Source of the DNA: an uncultured Acidimicrobiaceae bacterium
Lineage (GTDB): Bacteria; Actinomycetota; Acidimicrobiia; Spongiisociales; SHLN01
Direction: 5' to 3'
NCBI GenBank assembly: GCA_947259275.1
Contig: CAMYMH010000005.1
Span: 7,449-71,448 of the forward strand
Length of the DNA: 64,000 nt
Made by a program: the position numbers and the translations under genes. The first letter of the stretch is position 1, and every line of letters begins with the position of its first letter. The notes under the pieces are model-generated. The model searched no databases. It had not been told where the DNA came from and saw only the letters and a program-made list of their open reading frames with translations. Shown here in pieces: positions 20,833-29,934 of the stretch.

Positions 20833-22257
20833 TCATCGGTCCACATCTCCCAGCACGGGATCGATCGACGCAATGATGGCGACGCTGTCTGCGATGAGCT
20901 GATCGGCCATCAGGGTGGGGAGGGCCTGGATGGCCGCGAAGCTCGGGGTGCGGCAATGAAGCCGCCACGGCTTGGCATCCCCGACCGACACCACATAGTG
21001 GCCGAGCTCGCCGCGGGGACCCTCGATCGCCTGGTAGTGCTCGCCGGCGGGCACCTTGAAACCCTCGGTGAATATCTTGAAATGGTGGATGAGCGCTTCC
21101 ATGGACTCATCGATCCGTTTGCGGGGAGGCGGGGTCACCTTCAGGTCCTCGCTGCGATAGTCGCCGTCCGGCATCGACTCGGCTACCTGGGCGGCAATTC
21201 GCAGCGATTGGCGCATCTCTTCCATCCGCACGAGGTAACGGTTGTAGACGTCGCCGTGCTGGCCGAGCGGCACTTCGAAGTCGTAATGCTCGATGCCGCT
21301 GTATGGCTGGGTCTTGCGGAGGTCCCAATCGACGCCGGCCGCTCGCAGCGGAGGGCCGGTGATCCCATAGGCAAAGCACTCTTGGGCCGTGATAACACCA
21401 ACGCCCTCGGTACGTCCCAGGAAGATGGGATTGTGGGTGAGGAGGTCGTGGTAGTCATCCAGACCCTTGGGGATGGCCTCGACAATCTCGGCCACGTCCT
21501 CCTGCCAGCCGTCCGGGAGATCGGCGGCCACCCCACCCGGTCGGATGTAATTGTGATTCATGCGCAGGCCGGTGGTCTTTTCGAAGAAGGCCAGCAGCAG
21601 CTCGCGTTCGCGAATGCCGTAGATCATCATCGAGACCGCGCCCAGGTCCATGCCCTGAGTGGCTACCCAGGTGAGGTGGCTCGACACCCGGTTGAGCTCC
21701 GTCATAAGCACCCGGATCGCCAGGGCGCGGGGCGGCAGGTCGATGCCGAGCAGCGCCTCGGTGGCGAGCGAGAAGCACAGCTCGTTGTGAAACGGAGCCA
21801 GGTAATCCATGCGGGTGACGTTGGTGGGGCCCTGGAGGAAGGTGAGGGTCTCGCCGGTCTTCTCCATCCCGGTGTGCAGGTAGCCGATGACCGGCTTGAC
21901 CCGGCGGACGATCTCGCCCTCCAGCTCGAGCTGCAGCCGCAGGACCCCGTGGGTGGATGGGTGCTGCGGTCCCATGTTGAGGATGGTGGTCTCCTCTTCG
22001 GCCGCTTCCAGCTCGTAGAGCCGATCGTCGTTGACCAGCGTGCCCCCCTCTTCGGCCACCTCAACCGGCGATGCCTGATCGCGGGGAAGCATCAGCTGGG
22101 CACCTTCGGCCGTGGCGGCCGTCACCCAGGCCGGCTCTTCGGTCCCGGCCGCCCAGATCTCCTGCAGCCGACGGCGCTCGCTCTCGGAGGCGGGCGCGGT
22201 TTCACCGCTCGTCTCCTCGGTGGTGGTGTCCTGGGTACTGGTGTCTTCGCTCATCAC
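20833..22257 (-). CDS. nuoD: NADH-quinone oxidoreductase subunit D with a ~70-aa acidic N-terminal extension
   Basis: 474 aa. ILNMGPQHPSTHGVLRL begins about 100 aa into the ORF. The N-terminus is Glu/Thr/Ala-rich low-complexity sequence. Confidence 0.9.
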   Translation of the reverse strand: MMSEDTSTQDTTTEETSGETAPASESERRRLQEIWAAGTEEPAWVTAATAEGAQLMLPRDQASPVEVAEEGGTLVNDDRLYELEAAEEETTILNMGPQHPSTHGVLRLQLELEGEIVRRVKPVIGYLHTGMEKTGETLTFLQGPTNVTRMDYLAPFHNELCFSLATEALLGIDLPPRALAIRVLMTELNRVSSHLTWVATQGMDLGAVSMMIYGIRERELLLAFFEKTTGLRMNHNYIRPGGVAADLPDGWQEDVAEIVEAIPKGLDDYHDLLTHNPIFLGRTEGVGVITAQECFAYGITGPPLRAAGVDWDLRKTQPYSGIEHYDFEVPLGQHGDVYNRYLVRMEEMRQSLRIAAQVAESMPDGDYRSEDLKVTPPPRKRIDESMEALIHHFKIFTEGFKVPAGEHYQAIEGPRGELGHYVVSVGDAKPWRLHCRTPSFAAIQALPTLMADQLIADSVAIIASIDPVLGDVDR

Positions 22258-22793
22258 TCGACCTTGTGGGTACCGCGGAACTGAATCGGCACCGAGCCGA
22301 CCGGGGTGTCCTTTCGCAGCGGGTGCCCCTCCCAGTCGTCGGGAAGCATGATGCGGGTGAGGTCGGGGTGACCGGTGAAGTCGATCCCGAACAGGTCGTA
22401 GACCTCTCGCTCGTAGAAGTTGGCGCCCGGGTACACCCCGGTGATGGAGGGAGCAGCCGGCACGTCGCCGTCGACAGCCACCAGGATGCGCAGACGCAGA
22501 TTGTGCTGGAGTGAGAGGAGCACAACCACGACGTCATAGCGGGGGCCAGGCCGTTGGCGGTAGTAGTCGACCGCGGTGAGGTCGATGAACATCTCGAATC
22601 CGGCGTCGCGAGCCGCCTGGGCGAATTCGACCAGATGGCTGGCCTCCACCCGGAACACATTCTGGCCGGCGGCCGAATGCTCGAGCGTGGCAGCTGGGAA
22701 TGCCTCGACCAGAGCGGCAAGTGGAGGAGGCAGCGGAGGCGATGGCTCAGGTGCCACAACCTCTTCCTCCGGTGCCGCGGCGTCGTCGGTCAT
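22254..22793 (-). CDS. nuoC: NADH-quinone oxidoreductase subunit C
   Basis: 179 aa. NuoC/30-kDa family ([22 protein letters not shown]). Confidence 0.9.
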   Translation of the reverse strand: MTDDAAAPEEEVVAPEPSPPLPPPLAALVEAFPAATLEHSAAGQNVFRVEASHLVEFAQAARDAGFEMFIDLTAVDYYRQRPGPRYDVVVVLLSLQHNLRLRILVAVDGDVPAAPSITGVYPGANFYEREVYDLFGIDFTGHPDLTRIMLPDDWEGHPLRKDTPVGSVPIQFRGTHKVE

Positions 22794-23254
22794 ACGTGCA
22801 CGAACTCGCCGCTCTTGATTCCCTCATGCAGGGTGAGGATGGCGTGCATTAGTGACTGCGGCCCGGGCGGGCACCCGGGCACGTAGACGTCCACCGGCAC
22901 CACCTGGTCGACTCCTTGGACTAGCGCATAGTTGTTGAACATGCCTCCGGTTGAGGCGCACGCCCCCATTGAGATAACCCACTTGGGCTCGGGCATCTGG
23001 TCGTACACCTGGCGCAGGACCGGCGCCATCTTCTGCGAGACCCGGCCGGCGACGATCATGAGGTCGGCTTGGCGGGGCGAGGCGCGGAAGACCTCCATCC
23101 CGAAGCGGGCCAGGTCGTTGTGGGCGGCGCCGGTGTGCATCATCTCGATGGCACAGCAGGCGAGCCCGAAGGTGGCGCCCCACGACGATTGATAGCGGGC
23201 CCAGTTGGCAATCGAGTTGATGGTGGTGGTGAGAAAGCCGGGCGGTTCGGCCAT
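22790..23254 (-). CDS. nuoB: NADH-quinone oxidoreductase subunit B
   Basis: CCAIEMM...[10 protein letters not shown] motifs. The likely start is MAEPPGF at 23252-23254, overlapping the nuoA stop. Confidence 0.88.
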   Translation of the reverse strand: MAEPPGFLTTTINSIANWARYQSSWGATFGLACCAIEMMHTGAAHNDLARFGMEVFRASPRQADLMIVAGRVSQKMAPVLRQVYDQMPEPKWVISMGACASTGGMFNNYALVQGVDQVVPVDVYVPGCPPGPQSLMHAILTLHEGIKSGEFVHV

Positions 23255-23658
23255 CAGGCGGCCTCCTCGGTGTCGGGCACATACCGCTCCCGGCGGGGTG
23301 GGTTCCAGTCGAGTGCGCCCCGTTTCCATACGTAGATGAGCGTTTCGATAGCAAGCGCCACGAAAACGGCGATGGCGCCGACCCCGACCCAGCCCAGCTC
23401 GGTGAAGCGGGTAGCCCAGGCGAACAGGAAGATGATCTCGATGTCGAAGATGACGAACAGCATCGCCACCAAGTAGAACTTGACCGGAAACCGCTCGACC
23501 GGCTCTACCTCCGGAACGATGCCCGACTCATACGGGGCCAGCTTCTCGGGCGTCGGCTTGCTGGGTGACACCAACCGCGACACGAAGAGCGAGACCACGG
23601 CGAATCCGATGCCGAGGACGACCATGATCGCAATCGGCAAGTAGTCGAACAACTCCAC
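23254..23658 (-). CDS. nuoA: NADH-quinone oxidoreductase subunit A
   Basis: NuoA core (YESGIVP...[22 protein letters not shown]). The proposed GTG start at 23656-23658 has GAAAGG 8 nt upstream. The longer track ORF (to 23802) would run into the IS element. Confidence 0.8.
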   Translation of the reverse strand: MELFDYLPIAIMVVLGIGFAVVSLFVSRLVSPSKPTPEKLAPYESGIVPEVEPVERFPVKFYLVAMLFVIFDIEIIFLFAWATRFTELGWVGVGAIAVFVALAIETLIYVWKRGALDWNPPRRERYVPDTEEAA

Positions 23659-23769
23659 GCAGCAGTGCCTTTCGTCCGCAGTGGAGGTTAGGAACTGGCG
23701 GGTTGGATGGCCAAACCTCTGGGACGGGCCCGGCCGGAGCCGCTCTCCGGCCTCGGAGACCGGGTGGGC

Positions 23770-23803
23770 CCTAGGTGTCCTTCCCACAGAGGTGGTTGAC
23801 AAG
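23770..23803. repeat. IS481 terminal inverted repeat (nuo-proximal end)
   Basis: cctaggtgtccttcccacagaggtggttgacaag. Confidence 0.8.
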
Positions 23804-24721
23804 GACGGTCATGGGTGACTGGCCTGCGAGTTCTGAGTGGGGTCGGGTTTGATTGTATGTCTCGAGGAAGTCGGGGAGGGCGTCTCGGCGTTCTGGGTTC
23901 GAGTTGTAGGGCCGTTTGTAGGCCCATCCTTTGAGGAGGGTTTGGTGGAACCGTTCGACCTTCCCGTTGGTTTGGGGTCGATATGGTCGGGTGCGTTTGT
24001 GGGTGGCCCCGATCGTGTCGAGCATGGCCTTGAAGCTATGACTGGTGTAGGCCCAGGCGTTGTCGGTCATCACCCGGTCGATACGGAACCCGAGGGTGGC
24101 GAACCATTGGGAGGCTCGGAGCATGAACTCCGCGCAGGCGGTGGCGTCTTGGTGGTCGAGGATCTCGGTGTAGGCGACCCTCGAGTGGTCATCAACCATG
24201 GAATGGGCGAACTCATAACCGACCCGATGAGGGGTTCCTCGGTTCTCCATGCCATGGACCCGCCAGCCTCCTCCGTCGGGGATCCGGCCCAGTTTCTTGA
24301 TATCCACGTGCACCAGCTCACCGGGGCAGTCCTTCACGTATCGGATCGGAATCCCGCTGGTTCGGTCCAGGGTGGAAAGTCGAGACATTCCCCGACGCAC
24401 CAACACCGCGTAGATCGTTGAGCGGGGTATCCCGAGCCGGCCTGCCATCAAATGCGGACCCTCTTTCTCAGTGACTCGATCGGTGACAATCCGCTGCTCA
24501 GCCTCGGCGTTGAGACGGGTCGGACATGAATGGGGCCGCGACGACCGATCTTCCAGTCCGGCCTCACCCTCAGATCGGAACCGGCGCACCCACCGATACG
24601 CAGTTTGGCGAGACACTCCGACCGCGGCGGCAGCCGATGCCACCGGCCATCCCAACGTCACTATCCGATCAACCAGCAGTCGCCGCCCGAACGGTGTCAA
24701 CCTCGAATTACCGTATCCCAC
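23771..24721 (-). CDS. IS481-family transposase (N-terminal HTH plus DDE integrase core)
   Basis: 316 aa with HTH (VGVSRQTAYRWVRRF), DDE core (HVDIKK...D...TDNAWAY...E) and C-terminal RPYRPQTNGKVERFHQTL. Confidence 0.9.
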   Translation of the reverse strand: MGYGNSRLTPFGRRLLVDRIVTLGWPVASAAAAVGVSRQTAYRWVRRFRSEGEAGLEDRSSRPHSCPTRLNAEAEQRIVTDRVTEKEGPHLMAGRLGIPRSTIYAVLVRRGMSRLSTLDRTSGIPIRYVKDCPGELVHVDIKKLGRIPDGGGWRVHGMENRGTPHRVGYEFAHSMVDDHSRVAYTEILDHQDATACAEFMLRASQWFATLGFRIDRVMTDNAWAYTSHSFKAMLDTIGATHKRTRPYRPQTNGKVERFHQTLLKGWAYKRPYNSNPERRDALPDFLETYNQTRPHSELAGQSPMTVLVNHLCGKDT

Positions 24722-24785
24722 GAGAGCCTCCCTCGGCTTGGAGCTTTATCACCCCAAACCGAACCGGGAGGCTCTCACCCTGTCA

Positions 24786-24819
24786 AGTGTCAACAACGTC
24801 CCTGGGAAGGACACCTAGG
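24786..24819. repeat. IS481 terminal inverted repeat (distal end)
   Basis: agtgtcaacaacgtccctgggaaggacacctagg, the reverse-complement partner of the other end. Confidence 0.8.
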
Positions 24820-24919
24820 AGAGCGAAGACACTCGACCTCGCCGGATTGTCCTCATCCAGGCCCAACCGCCACCGGCCCTCCGAGATGGGGCCACCTTCT
24901 CCTCAGGCCATCTGTCGCG

Positions 24920-25145
24920 GCTTGTGTGCGACGGTCGAGCCATGACACGCTCTTCGTTCCCCTCGAGGGGAAGGTGGACTCGGAGCGGAGCTCCGAGGAC
25001 GGATGGAGGGAGACGGCCATACCTGCAAGCCCAGTGGACTACAGGGTTCCAGCCCTCCCCCACCCCGACTCCGGCTCCGCCGGAGCCACCCCGCCCTCAG
25101 GGCGGGGAAGATAAGCGATCAATGTGTCGCATCTATCGCGACAGG
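24920..25145. repeat. multi-hairpin repetitive element (copy D), same family and orientation as 13985-14120
   Basis: gtgtgcgac...ttcccctcgaggggaaggtggactcggagcggagctccgaggacggatggaggga ... cccccaccccgactccggctccgccggagccaccccgccctcagggcgggga, followed by gtgtcgcatctatcgcgacag. Confidence 0.75.
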
Positions 25146-25199
25146 GGAACGATCGAACGAGTCGCACGGAAACCGGCGAATGACCAGTAGCCAAGATCC

Positions 25200-26408
25200 T
25201 CAGTCGAGGTGGGCGAAGAGCGGGACCACCCGCTCTCTCAGCACCTCATACGAGTAGTTGTCGAGCCCCACCTGGTAGTTGTGTTCCACCGCCTCGGCGT
25301 AGTGGGCGGGATCAGACAGGCACTTGTTGATCTCCTCGAGCAATTCGTTGGTGATGAGCCGATCGAAGTCGAGAAACCGCACCCCGGTGGGGGCAATGTC
25401 CCGGTTGTACACGGGGTACCGGTTCACTACCAGCGGCCGGCGGAAGAACATAGATTCGACGAGGGCATTGCCGAAGCCCTCGATGATGCTCGGGTAGCAC
25501 ACGAGGTCGGCGGCCGCGTAGGCGTCCTCCAGCGACGGTGAGTCTGGCGTGTCGATGGGGGCGAGACGGAAGTCGACGCCGCGCCGCTCGGCGTGCTCGA
25601 CGAGGAATGGCCAGTAGTCCTTCACCTCGTCCTCGTTCGGGTGGGTCACCACCACTCGCACGGTGGAGTCACCGAGGCGCTCGGCGATGTCGATGGTGGT
25701 TTCAATGCTCTTGCGGGGCACGATGCGGGTGGGCTGGAGCAGCAGGATGTTGTCGTCGGAAATGCCGGCATAGTCCCGAAAACGCTCGGCGTCGCCCGGC
25801 TCAGGGCCGGACTGGAAGTCCATGACATTGGGCACGAGAGTTACCGGCCGGCCGACCCGGCGAGCAATGTCCTCGCACTGCGCCGAGCAGATCGCCATGT
25901 GGGTGAACTGGTGCCCGGGAGGCGGGAAGACGGCCCCGATGATGTCGGGCACGCCGTTGGGCCAGAACCGCTCCCGCTCCCAGACCATGTCGTGGTGATG
26001 GGCAACACATGGGATTCCTGTTTCCAGGACGAGCTCGGCGATGGCGAGGGCGAGGGGCAGCTGGAGGGGAATCGACAGCGCGTTCTCGGGAATGATGACA
26101 TCCACACCGAATTGTTCAACCCATGCTCGAAGGTGGTTGTTGAGGTCGTCGACCTGCTGCCGGATGCGACCACTCACCCAGTCGGACCTGGTGTCGGAGC
26201 CGAAGGCGTCGGCGTTCAGCTCGACGTTATCCGGGTAGGCGAAGTGAGCGGGTGGGTATTCGACCCCGGGAAGGAAACGCTCCTCCAACAGGCCGGCGAA
26301 GCTGACGACCTCGTGGCCGGCCTCTTCGAGAATGTACTTGATCTTGGCCGTCTCGAGGGTGACCCCGTCGACGCCCGATAGGCGCGTTGAAATCAGCCCG
26401 ACGGTCAC
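25200..26408 (-). CDS. glycosyltransferase family 4 (GT-B, retaining) protein
   Basis: C-terminal EGFGNALVESM motif (the E-x7-E of GT4). The likely start is VTVGLISTRL (GTG ~26408), abutting the upstream permease stop. The track ORF extends to 26567. Confidence 0.7.
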   Translation of the reverse strand: MTVGLISTRLSGVDGVTLETAKIKYILEEAGHEVVSFAGLLEERFLPGVEYPPAHFAYPDNVELNADAFGSDTRSDWVSGRIRQQVDDLNNHLRAWVEQFGVDVIIPENALSIPLQLPLALAIAELVLETGIPCVAHHHDMVWERERFWPNGVPDIIGAVFPPPGHQFTHMAICSAQCEDIARRVGRPVTLVPNVMDFQSGPEPGDAERFRDYAGISDDNILLLQPTRIVPRKSIETTIDIAERLGDSTVRVVVTHPNEDEVKDYWPFLVEHAERRGVDFRLAPIDTPDSPSLEDAYAAADLVCYPSIIEGFGNALVESMFFRRPLVVNRYPVYNRDIAPTGVRFLDFDRLITNELLEEINKCLSDPAHYAEAVEHNYQVGLDNYSYEVLRERVVPLFAHLD

Positions 26409-27316
26409 CCCTTGACCCCCCCTGCCGTGAGACCCTCGGTAAGGAAGCGCTCGGCTGCGAAAAACAGGGCAATGACCGGAATCGTGATGATGACCGACCC
26501 GGCCATGAGGACCGTCTTCGGCACTTCCTGTGTGTCGAGCTGCTGCACGCCGAGTGACAGAGTCCACAGCCCTCGATCTTCAACCAGGAACAGCAGGGCA
26601 AAGAGGAATTCGTTCCAGGCAATCATGAACACGAAGAGGGCAACCGCCGCGATGGCCGGCGCCGAGAGCGGGAGGGTGATACGACGGATCACTCCGAACC
26701 GGGATAGCCCGTCGATCAGACCCGCCTCTTCCAGTTCGGGTGGAATCGTCAGGAAGTAACTTCGCAGCATGTAGAGGGCGACGGGAATGGTCGAAGCCAC
26801 GTAGACGATGGTGAGGCCGATCAGCGAGTTGCGCAGTTGGAGCCGGGTGAACATCACGAACAGCGGGATGGCGATCACCACCGCCGGGAACAGGTAGACC
26901 ACGAGGATCCCCCAACTGATCACCTTCTTGAGCCGGAACTCGAGCCGGGCGGCGGCGTAGGCCGCAAAGATGGCCAGGGTGGTGGTGAGGAAGGTGGTGG
27001 CGAGCGACAGAATGAGCGTGTTGCGCACGAAGCGCCAGAAGCCCTGCCCGCCTTCGCTCTGGGGCCGCAACACGTCCTTGTATGACTCGAAGCTGGTTAT
27101 GGAGTCCCAGCTTGGCAAGAACCGTCCGGGATCCTGCAGCAACTGCTGGATCGGCATGAAGGACAAGGAGATCATGTAGAAAAGGGGAAAGGCCGTGATC
27201 ACCACAAAGAACACGATGCTGACCCACTTGAGCGTGCCGAACAGCCGTTCTTCGAACTCGGCCCGCGTTATGCCGCGCTTGGGCGTCACCGGTGCTGTCT
27301 GCTGCGCCACCGCCAT
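26405..27316 (-). CDS. carbohydrate ABC transporter permease
   Basis: Six TM helices with an EAA-like loop (LEEAGLIDGLSRFGVIRRITLPL). The start is at MAVAQQ (27314-27316), overlapping the upstream permease stop. Confidence 0.85.
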   Translation of the reverse strand: MAVAQQTAPVTPKRGITRAEFEERLFGTLKWVSIVFFVVITAFPLFYMISLSFMPIQQLLQDPGRFLPSWDSITSFESYKDVLRPQSEGGQGFWRFVRNTLILSLATTFLTTTLAIFAAYAAARLEFRLKKVISWGILVVYLFPAVVIAIPLFVMFTRLQLRNSLIGLTIVYVASTIPVALYMLRSYFLTIPPELEEAGLIDGLSRFGVIRRITLPLSAPAIAAVALFVFMIAWNEFLFALLFLVEDRGLWTLSLGVQQLDTQEVPKTVLMAGSVIITIPVIALFFAAERFLTEGLTAGGVKG

Positions 27317-28302
27317 CAGGCCGTCTCCTCCTCGTAGAACCAGCGGAAGTAGATGACAAGCAGGACCGCCAACATGGCGGCAAGAAGGAGCCCGAGCGCG
27401 GCAGCCGCCCCCACATCGAACCGGCCCCGAAGCCAATCGATCACGGCCACCGTAATGACTTTCGTTCCCGCGCCTCCGCCGGTCAGCAGGAAGATGTCGT
27501 CGAACTTGTTGAACGTCCAAATGAAGCGCAGGAGGAACAGGACGGAGAGCACGCCGCGCATTTGTGGCAGCGTGACGTAGAAGAAGCGTTGGCTGAGCGT
27601 GGCGCCGTCGACCTTGGCGGCTTCATCCAGCTCCGCCGGAAGTGCCTGCAGCCGGGCCAGAATGAAGAGGAACGCGAACGGGAAGTATCGCCAGGCTTCG
27701 AAGGCAATGACGGTGAGCAGCGCCAGTGGCGGATTTGGATCCCAGCCGAAGAGGTTCAGCTCGAAGTCCCGCCGGCCGAGAAAATCGATCGGCTGAAACC
27801 CAACGGCATCGAGCCACTCATTGGCAATACCGAACGTGGGGTTGAGCATGACCCGCCACACGAAGGCGGCAGCGATGATCGGGGCCACGTACGGGAAGAG
27901 CATGAGCCCCCGCACAACCGCCCGTCCCCGGAAAGCGCTCTTCACCGTCAGCGCCGCCCACATCCCCATCGCAATGGACAGAGTGGTCCCGCCGATGGTG
28001 TAGATGAAGGTGACGCGCACGTTATCCCAGAAGTCACGCACCCCCATCACCCGGTCGAAGTTGGCGAGCGTGTAGTCGAAGTCGAGGAAGTTGAACTCGC
28101 GGAGCTCGATCAGCCTGATCCTCTGGAAGCTCATCGAGATGTTCCACAGCACAGGGAAGATCACGAGCCCAAAGACGACCAGCACGGCCGGCAGCACGAG
28201 CAAGATGCCCAGGCGCGCCTCACGCCGAGCGAGGGTGCCCGTACGCCGCGACGCGGGCCTGGCCGGCGGCCCGGTGTCCGTCGCGGCCGACGTGGTCGTC
28301 AT
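27316..28302 (-). CDS. carbohydrate ABC transporter permease
   Basis: MalF/UgpA-type permease (LDEAAKVDGATLSQRFFYVTLPQM). Start assigned at MTTTSAATDT. Confidence 0.85.
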   Translation of the reverse strand: MTTTSAATDTGPPARPASRRTGTLARREARLGILLVLPAVLVVFGLVIFPVLWNISMSFQRIRLIELREFNFLDFDYTLANFDRVMGVRDFWDNVRVTFIYTIGGTTLSIAMGMWAALTVKSAFRGRAVVRGLMLFPYVAPIIAAAFVWRVMLNPTFGIANEWLDAVGFQPIDFLGRRDFELNLFGWDPNPPLALLTVIAFEAWRYFPFAFLFILARLQALPAELDEAAKVDGATLSQRFFYVTLPQMRGVLSVLFLLRFIWTFNKFDDIFLLTGGGAGTKVITVAVIDWLRGRFDVGAAAALGLLLAAMLAVLLVIYFRWFYEEETA

Positions 28303-28369
28303 AGGTTTCCCGCTTCCCTTGGATGTGCGAGAGAGGGGTGCCACCGCACCCCCCTCTGCGCCTAGCTAG

Positions 28370-29812
28370 CTACTCCAGCAAGTCCAGCTCTTGCTGAACC
28401 AGCTCCGTCGTCTCCTCGACGGCTGCGTCGACCGAGAGGCTTCCGTCCAGCACTGCCCGGATGGCGTCCGGGAAGATATTGGCGGAATACACTGCGGTCA
28501 CCAACGCACCTTGGCCTTGCGGGAACCCCCAGCGGTCGAAGTTGCTCGAGCCTGCGATCAGGGTTGAGAGGACTTCGGCGCTGTAGAAGTTGCTCAGCGT
28601 GTCCCGACGATCGACGCCGGTCTCCAGCAGCGCCCACCCATCGATGAACTCGGTCGGATTACCGGCGGTGCCCTGCCGCATCGGAAACTTGCCCTCGGGC
28701 GACACCGACAGCCAGGTCAGGTATCCGTCTGTGAACCAATACTCGAGAAATGCCTGCGCGGCGGCGACATTCGCACCCGAGCCGATCCCCATCAAGGAAA
28801 CCTGGCCGTACTGGGCGGGAGCGCCGCTCGGACCACTGAAAGCCGGGACGATCGCCGAATTCTTCGCCAGGAAGGCGATATCGGCTTCACACTCGGCGCA
28901 CGCCGGCAGGGCGGCATCACGCAATCCGGCCATCTCATCGAGGATGAACGGCGACCACACGATCATCCCGGCCTTCCCGGCAAAGTACCGAGCCCGAGTC
29001 TCGACGACTTCCTCGATCCCCGGAGCGTTGTACTTGTCGAGCAAGTTCGTATAGAACTCCAACGCCTCGGTGCACTCAGCACTATCGGTCACGACAGTGC
29101 CGGCGTCGTCAACCATCTGACATCCATTGGCAAGCGCGAAGTGCTCGTAGGTCTGCTGCGTGAACCGGACCCCGGCAGCGTTAGAAGCCGCAATTCCGTA
29201 AAAGTCGTTGGCCGGGTCGTTCAGCTCAGCCGCCGCCGCTTCGATCTTGGCAAACGTGTCCGGCGCCTCCAGCCCGGCGGCGTCAAACAGGTCCTTGCGG
29301 TAAATGAGCAACTGGCCCCAGCCGTCGGTCGGAACCGCGGCAGCCTTCCCTTCGAAGGTCGCCAGGTTGAGAGCGCCCTGCGAGAACGTGTCAGGGCCGA
29401 GCGACTCGACCACAGCATTTGCGGCATCGATGTCGAGAAGGCCTTGATCTGCCCATCCGAAGGTGAGGTCGATCGGGTGGAACACCACATCCGGCAGCGT
29501 GCCGGTGGCGGCGTTGGTCACCATCAGGCCGGGTAGGTCATCCTCGGGTGTAATGACCAGGTTCACCCCGATGCCGGACGCGGCCGAGAAGTCATCCAGG
29601 ATGCCCTGGGTGATCTCGACCCTCCTTGGCTCCTTCTCCGTCGACCAGAACGTAATGGTCTCACCCACCACCGTCTCGGTCACGATCGACGTCTCGGTAA
29701 TGACCTCGGTCACGATCGAGGTCTCAGTTACAATTCTCGTTTCAACCGTATCGTCGCCGCACGCCGTAGCTACGAGTGCCAGCGCCGCGAACAACGCGAA
29801 AACGCGTCTCAT
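28370..29812 (-). CDS. ABC transporter extracellular solute-binding lipoprotein (carbohydrate family)
   Basis: Lipobox LALVATAC, followed by a 2x10-aa tandem repeat (TETSIVTEVI/TETSIVTETV) and an SBP family-1 fold. Confidence 0.8.
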   Translation of the reverse strand: MRRVFALFAALALVATACGDDTVETRIVTETSIVTEVITETSIVTETVVGETITFWSTEKEPRRVEITQGILDDFSAASGIGVNLVITPEDDLPGLMVTNAATGTLPDVVFHPIDLTFGWADQGLLDIDAANAVVESLGPDTFSQGALNLATFEGKAAAVPTDGWGQLLIYRKDLFDAAGLEAPDTFAKIEAAAAELNDPANDFYGIAASNAAGVRFTQQTYEHFALANGCQMVDDAGTVVTDSAECTEALEFYTNLLDKYNAPGIEEVVETRARYFAGKAGMIVWSPFILDEMAGLRDAALPACAECEADIAFLAKNSAIVPAFSGPSGAPAQYGQVSLMGIGSGANVAAAQAFLEYWFTDGYLTWLSVSPEGKFPMRQGTAGNPTEFIDGWALLETGVDRRDTLSNFYSAEVLSTLIAGSSNFDRWGFPQGQGALVTAVYSANIFPDAIRAVLDGSLSVDAAVEETTELVQQELDLLE

Positions 29813-29934
29813 TTGGGTTTCCTCCTCAGCTCGGCTGGCCCACTCCGAGCGTTGCGCCCGATGGGCCACAACCGAAAGCGTCAATATCGCGGAAGGTAGC
29901 AGGCCGGATTGTGAGCCTGCAGGGCCGGAGGACC

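Larger units (their letters stand above)
23770..24819 (-). mobile_element. IS481-family insertion sequence, apparently intact (~1050 bp) with imperfect ~34-bp terminal inverted repeats
   Basis: Left end is cctaggtgtccttcccacagaggtggttgacaag. Reverse complement of the right end is cctaggtgtccttcccagggacgttgttgacact. A single DDE transposase ORF fills the element. Confidence 0.85.

Noticed and set aside
20956-22284. 442-aa plus-strand ORF antisense to nuoD and nuoC of the complete operon
   Set aside because: Antisense artefact.
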